A stretch of DNA of 64,000 nucleotides, from contig NC_068982.1 in assembly GCF_001194135.2 (NCBI RefSeq), positions 53,830,641-53,894,640 of the forward strand. The letters are read 5' to 3'. The stretch's first letter is position 1; every line of letters starts with the position of its first letter. Positions 59,860-64,000 of the stretch are shown one piece after another. The translations under genes and the position numbers were made by a program. The notes below the pieces were generated by a model. That model made no database searches and was not told where the DNA came from. It saw only the letters and a program-made list of their open reading frames with translations. This stretch comes from Octopus bimaculoides (Eukaryota).

Positions 59860-60530
59860 TATTACGAATGGAGTATTTCGCTCATTGCTACGTTCTGAGT
59901 TCAAATTCAGCCGAGGTCGACTTAGCCTTTTATCCTTTCGGAGTCGATAAATTAAGTACCAATGAAACACTAGGGTGGATGTAATCGACTATCCCCCTCC
60001 CCCAAATTTCAGGCCCTGTGCCTATAATAGAAAGGATTATTACGAATGTCTCCTTTGATTCTTTATATCTCTTTTCATTCACAACTAAATAGAAATATAA
60101 CCTTCTTCGTCCTTATTTTGTACTATAAAACATGATACGTCTACAAGAATTCACCTTTTTATAATCATATTTATTCACAACTAAACTCTACCTCGTACTC
60201 TGAAAATGATACAATATATTTTTGTATTATTTCTTGCAATATATTTCCTAATATCATGTTGGTTTCAAATTTTGGCACAAGGATAGCAAATTCGGGAGAT
60301 GGTGTAAGTCGATTACATCGACTCTTGGGCTTAACTGGCACTTATTTTATCAAAGCTGAAAGGATGAGAAGCATAGTCGACGCCGGTAGAATTTGAACTC
60401 GGAAGAAATGCTACTAAGCATTTTTTTCTGACGTGGTTACGATTCTGCTAGCTCGCCACCTTAAAGGAAAGACAGACGAAATGTTGCTAAGCAATTTCAC
60501 CAGTATGCTAACGACTCTACCTGCTCGCCG
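59860..60530. mobile_element. SINE-A copies: + 59860-60045; - 60262-60462 and - 60465-60530 (tandem)
   Basis: Family motifs as in the other copies. Confidence 0.78.
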
Positions 60531-61570
60531 CTGTAGAGTGTTGGATAATAATATCCTCTGATATACTCTTCAGTACAAAAAGAACATTGAAACAAAACAC
60601 TGCTGACTAACCATTCATGAATGTTTTTGACGTGATTCCAGTTATCAAGGTCTTCATTCCATTTATTTTTCATGTTTGTAATTATCCTCGGATGCCTCTC
60701 GATCCTCATTATATTTCGTTTAGCATGTGAAGATTACAGCAATGAGCAATATTTCAGGTGGGCTCGTACAAGGGTAGAGAAACGGCAAATAATTAAATAA
60801 TTAAATCTGGATCTCTAGAGTGAAATGTTCTGAGGATCCAAAGACTGAGGGTTTATATCGATGTTATTGTTGTTGTGGTCATTCCAACAAAGGTCAATTG
60901 TCGATATATATGCGAAAGTATCTAATGTCTTTAGAGGCTATAGGAAGTTCCCCTGGGAAAAGACCGTATCAGTGTTTAAGCACATCCTTTTCTCCAAAGC
61001 AGATAAACTCCTTGTTAATTCTCCTTCCGTAACGTATTGTTATATTTTATCCATTAGATTACACGCCTCGTAAGGTCAGATTAGAGATTTATCTGGTCAT
61101 CTATCTGATACTAACTTTCTGAAGATCAGAGTTTGGGAAAAATTTTGGTGACCTTTGTGATGTTGTTGATGTATATGATAAAGACAAGTCGACCCAACAC
61201 AGTGGAGCAAGATGACCTTTACTTGACTTCAATGAATTTTGTCGATATCATTGGGAAACACGCAATCTAATACAGTAGCTTTCCATGGAGTCTAAAACTG
61301 GATAGTTTTTTGTTTTTTCTTTTATTGTTTTTTTTTCTTCTTTTTTTTTCTTCTTCTTTTTTTTACTTTTACAGTGGAAATAATATGATTAAATCTGTCT
61401 ATGCTCTTGCTGAATTCACGATAAAGATCTTTATTTCAGCCATGAAGAATTTGGAGCTTAGCTGTCACTCAAAGACAATTATAACCTGATAAGTTTTACC
61501 ACGCCTTCGCCAATTGTTTTTGGTGCCTATATAGTTGCAAGCAGTCACAGACATTTATCGATCCTTTCAC
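60530..61570 (-). mobile_element. CR1/L2-type LINE ORF2 remnant (RT and C-terminal region)
   Basis: In order on the - strand: LYREFSKSIDRFNH (YLDFSKAFD.V.H), TVLGRLVFIIYINNI (TVLGPLLFIIYINDI), IYIDN*.L, RTFHSRDPDL, FSTLVRAHLKYCSLL*S (LVRPHLEYCS.LWSP), RIER. Confidence 0.75.
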
Positions 61571-62872
61571 ACTTGAATAAATAGAACATCGCGAATATGA
61601 CATTAGGAAGGAGAAAAGGTGACAACAACAATCACCTGGTAGTAATTTTTAGCTAAATATAATGGAGCAGCATGGAGTGATGTAACTTCCTCAACAACAC
61701 TACGTGCCACTTGGGCCAGAAATCGAACCCATGGCCTTGCATTCGTTAACTCTAATGACTCGACCAAGTGTCTCCACAAAATAGGAAAGAAACTGGATAG
61801 TCTTCTTTGAGGAACGGTCATCAAACCGCTCCAGCCATATTCTTTCTGAGATGTCAGATATTGTTGATTTCATTATCCACTTAGTTTAATGATATGAAGA
61901 TGGAATCAGTCTCTAGTTACTTTTTTGGGAAAGTAGAATAGAAATTCATTGGACACACACACACATATATCTGTGTCTGTGTGAGCATTATGTATATNNN
62001 NNNNNNNNNNNNNNNNNNNNNNNNNNNNNNNNNNNNNNNNNNNNNNNNNNNNNNNNNNNNNNNNNNNNNNNNNNNNNNNNNNNNNNNNNNNNNNNNNNNN
62101 NNNNNNNNNNNNNNNNNNNNNNNNNNNNNNNNNNNNNNNNNNNNNNNNNNNNNNNNNNNNNNNNNNNNNNNNNNNNNNNNNNNNNNNNNNNNNNNNNNNN
62201 NNNNNNNNNNNNNNNNNNNNNNNNNNNNNNNNNNNNNNNNNNNNNNNNNNNNNNNNNNNNNNNNNNNNNNNNNNNNNNNNNNNNNNNNNNNNNNNNNNNN
62301 NNNNNNNNNNNNNNNNNNNNNNNNNNNNNNNNNNNNNNNNNNNNNNNNNNNNNNNNNNNNNNNNNNNNNNNNNNNNNNNNNNNNNNNNNNNNNNNNNNNN
62401 NNNNNNNNNNNNNNNNNNNNNNNNNNNNNNNNNNNNNNNNNNNNNNNNNNNNNNNNNNNNNNNNNNNNNNNNNNNNNNNNNNNNNNNNNNNNNNNNNNNN
62501 NNNNNNNNNNNNNNNNNNNNNNNNNNNNNNNNNNNNNNNNNNNNNNNNNNNNNNNNNNNNNNNNNNNNNNNNNNNNNNNNNNNNNNNNNNNNNNNNNNNN
62601 NNNNNNNNNNNNNNNNNNNNNNNNNNNNNNNNNNNNNNNNNNNNNNNNNNNNNNNNNNNNNNNNNNNNNNNNNNNNNNNNNNNNNNNNNNNNNNNNNNNN
62701 NNNNNNNNNNNNNNNNNNNNNNNNNNNNNNNNNNNNNNNNNNNNNNNNNNNNNNNNNNNNNNNNNNNNNNNNNNNNNNNNNNNNNNNNNNNNNNNNNNNN
62801 NNNNNNNNNNNNNNNNNNNNNNNNNNNNNNNNNNNNNNNNNNNNNNNNNNNNNNNNNNNNNNNNNNNNNNNN

Positions 62873-62903
<31 letters not shown>

Positions 62904-63011
62904 ATATCAAGTGAGAGGGAAAGAGAGAAATGCTTGCTAGATAGGTAAAATACGTATTCATACGTTTATGTGAGATAAACAGACATATATAATACGAACA
63001 CGCGCACAATA

Positions 63012-63250
63012 CAGGGTGTCCACAAAAACACTTCCTGATTTCACGATGTTATGATATTTAAACTAATTCAAATTAATTGATAAACATGTGAACCGATTCT
63101 CTAACAACAGTTATTTCATTATTTTTTTTTTTTCAGGTCATTAGACATCTTTGACCTGAAAACCACAGAGGTGCAAGGAAATATAAAAATGGCCGCCACC
63201 CTACAGCAACGCAGCTGGTGTGTACTGGAGTTTGTAAGATCCAACAATGT
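63012..63250 (+). mobile_element. Tc1/mariner (rosa/maT-like) 5' end
   Basis: TA followed by the CAGGGTGTCCAC terminus; MAATLQQRSWCVLEFVRSNNV resembles the N-terminal HTH of this group. It is cut off by SINE-A. Confidence 0.7.
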
Positions 63251-63338
63251 AAGTACCAACTGAACGCAGAGATCGATGTAATAGACAAGCCTCTTCTTCT
63301 CAAAATTGCTGACCTCGTGCCAAAATTAAAAAGAATTA

Positions 63339-63390
<52 letters not shown>

Positions 63391-63790
63391 GACGGCGAGC
63401 TGGTAGATTCGTTAGAGCATCGGGCAAAATGCTTAGCGGTATTTCGTCCATTTTTACCCTCTGAGTTCAAATGCCGCCGGGTTTGACTTTGACTTTCATC
63501 CTCCCAGAGTTGATAAAATAAGTACCAGTTGAATACCAGGGTTGATGTAATCGAATTATTGTAATTAAGATGGTGAGCTAGCAGAATCGTTAGCACGCTG
63601 GACAAAATGCTTAGCGGCATTTCCTCCGTGTTTGCGTTCTGAGTTCAAATTCTGCTGAAGTCGACTTTGCTTTCCATCTTTTCGAGGTCGATAAAATATA
63701 TACCAGTTGAGCACTGGTGTCACTATAATCGCTTATACATCCTCCCCCAGATTTCAGGTTATGTGCCTATAGTAGAAAGGATTATTGTTG
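63250..63790 (+). mobile_element. Three head-to-tail SINE-A copies linked by (ATT)n
   Basis: Tail at 63250-63345, (ATT)n, then heads AAGACGGCGAGCTGG at 63388 and AAGATGGTGAGCTAGC at 63567. Confidence 0.85.
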
Positions 63791-64000
63791 TTGTTGTTGT
63801 GATAGTTGTCCTGTAACCTCAAAATAATCTTTGCTGGATCTACATTTGCAGCAAGTAAGAAGCTAACTGAACAACTAAGTCCGATGTATGTACCTATTGT
63901 TTCAAGCCTTTGCTTAGTGGCAGACAAAATAGTCACCCAATTTAACACCTGACTTGGCTTTACAGTGTCTTCAGTGGACTAAAATATTAGAAGCAGGCCT

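Noticed and set aside
60642-60757. Plus-strand exon-like segment encoding a hydrophobic stretch (LFFMFVIILGCLSILIIFRLACEDYSNEQYF) between a CAG acceptor and a GT donor
   Set aside because: The opposite strand carries collinear CR1/L2 ORF2 motifs (LVRAHLKYCS, RTFHSRD), so the hydrophobic frame is the antisense shadow of a LINE. Exonisation cannot be excluded without RNA-seq.
63800-64000. Cys-containing minus-strand frame (LLTCCKCRSS) suggestive of a zinc-binding motif
   Set aside because: Multiple stops, no full motif, and truncated by the window end.

Overview
AT-rich, repeat-saturated animal genomic DNA. The SINE families and microsatellite load suggest a coleoid cephalopod, probably Octopus; this is an inference from repeat content, not a database result. 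About 10 kb (~15%) is N, in 25 gaps that mostly abut microsatellites. I found no supportable host protein-coding exon, rRNA, true tRNA gene or CRISPR array, so the window reads as intergenic or deep intronic. The long ORFs in the track are artefacts of N-runs and microsatellites. Recognisable content: (1) dozens of tRNA-headed SINEs, which I label informally A-D; (2) at least 8 fragments of restriction-like-endonuclease (RLE) non-LTR retrotransposons resembling R4/Dong, most with 3' ends in (TAA)n tracts, plus one HERO/NeSL-like 3' end; (3) RTE and CR1/L2 LINE fragments; (4) a Penelope-like GIY-YIG fragment and several minimal hammerhead-ribozyme-like motifs; (5) eight decayed Tc1/mariner-superfamily elements (rosa DD41D, maT-like, mariner, Tc1) and a hAT MITE; (6) several local inverted duplications. 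The most interesting pattern is a microsatellite niche. SINE (ATT)n tails appear to be used as landing sites both by further SINE-A copies (head-to-tail arrays) and by several Dong-like subfamilies inserted antisense. Second is a set of hammerhead-like motifs whose helix III is a different perfect palindrome in different copies. Most element boundaries are read by eye and are approximate to about 10-20 bp.
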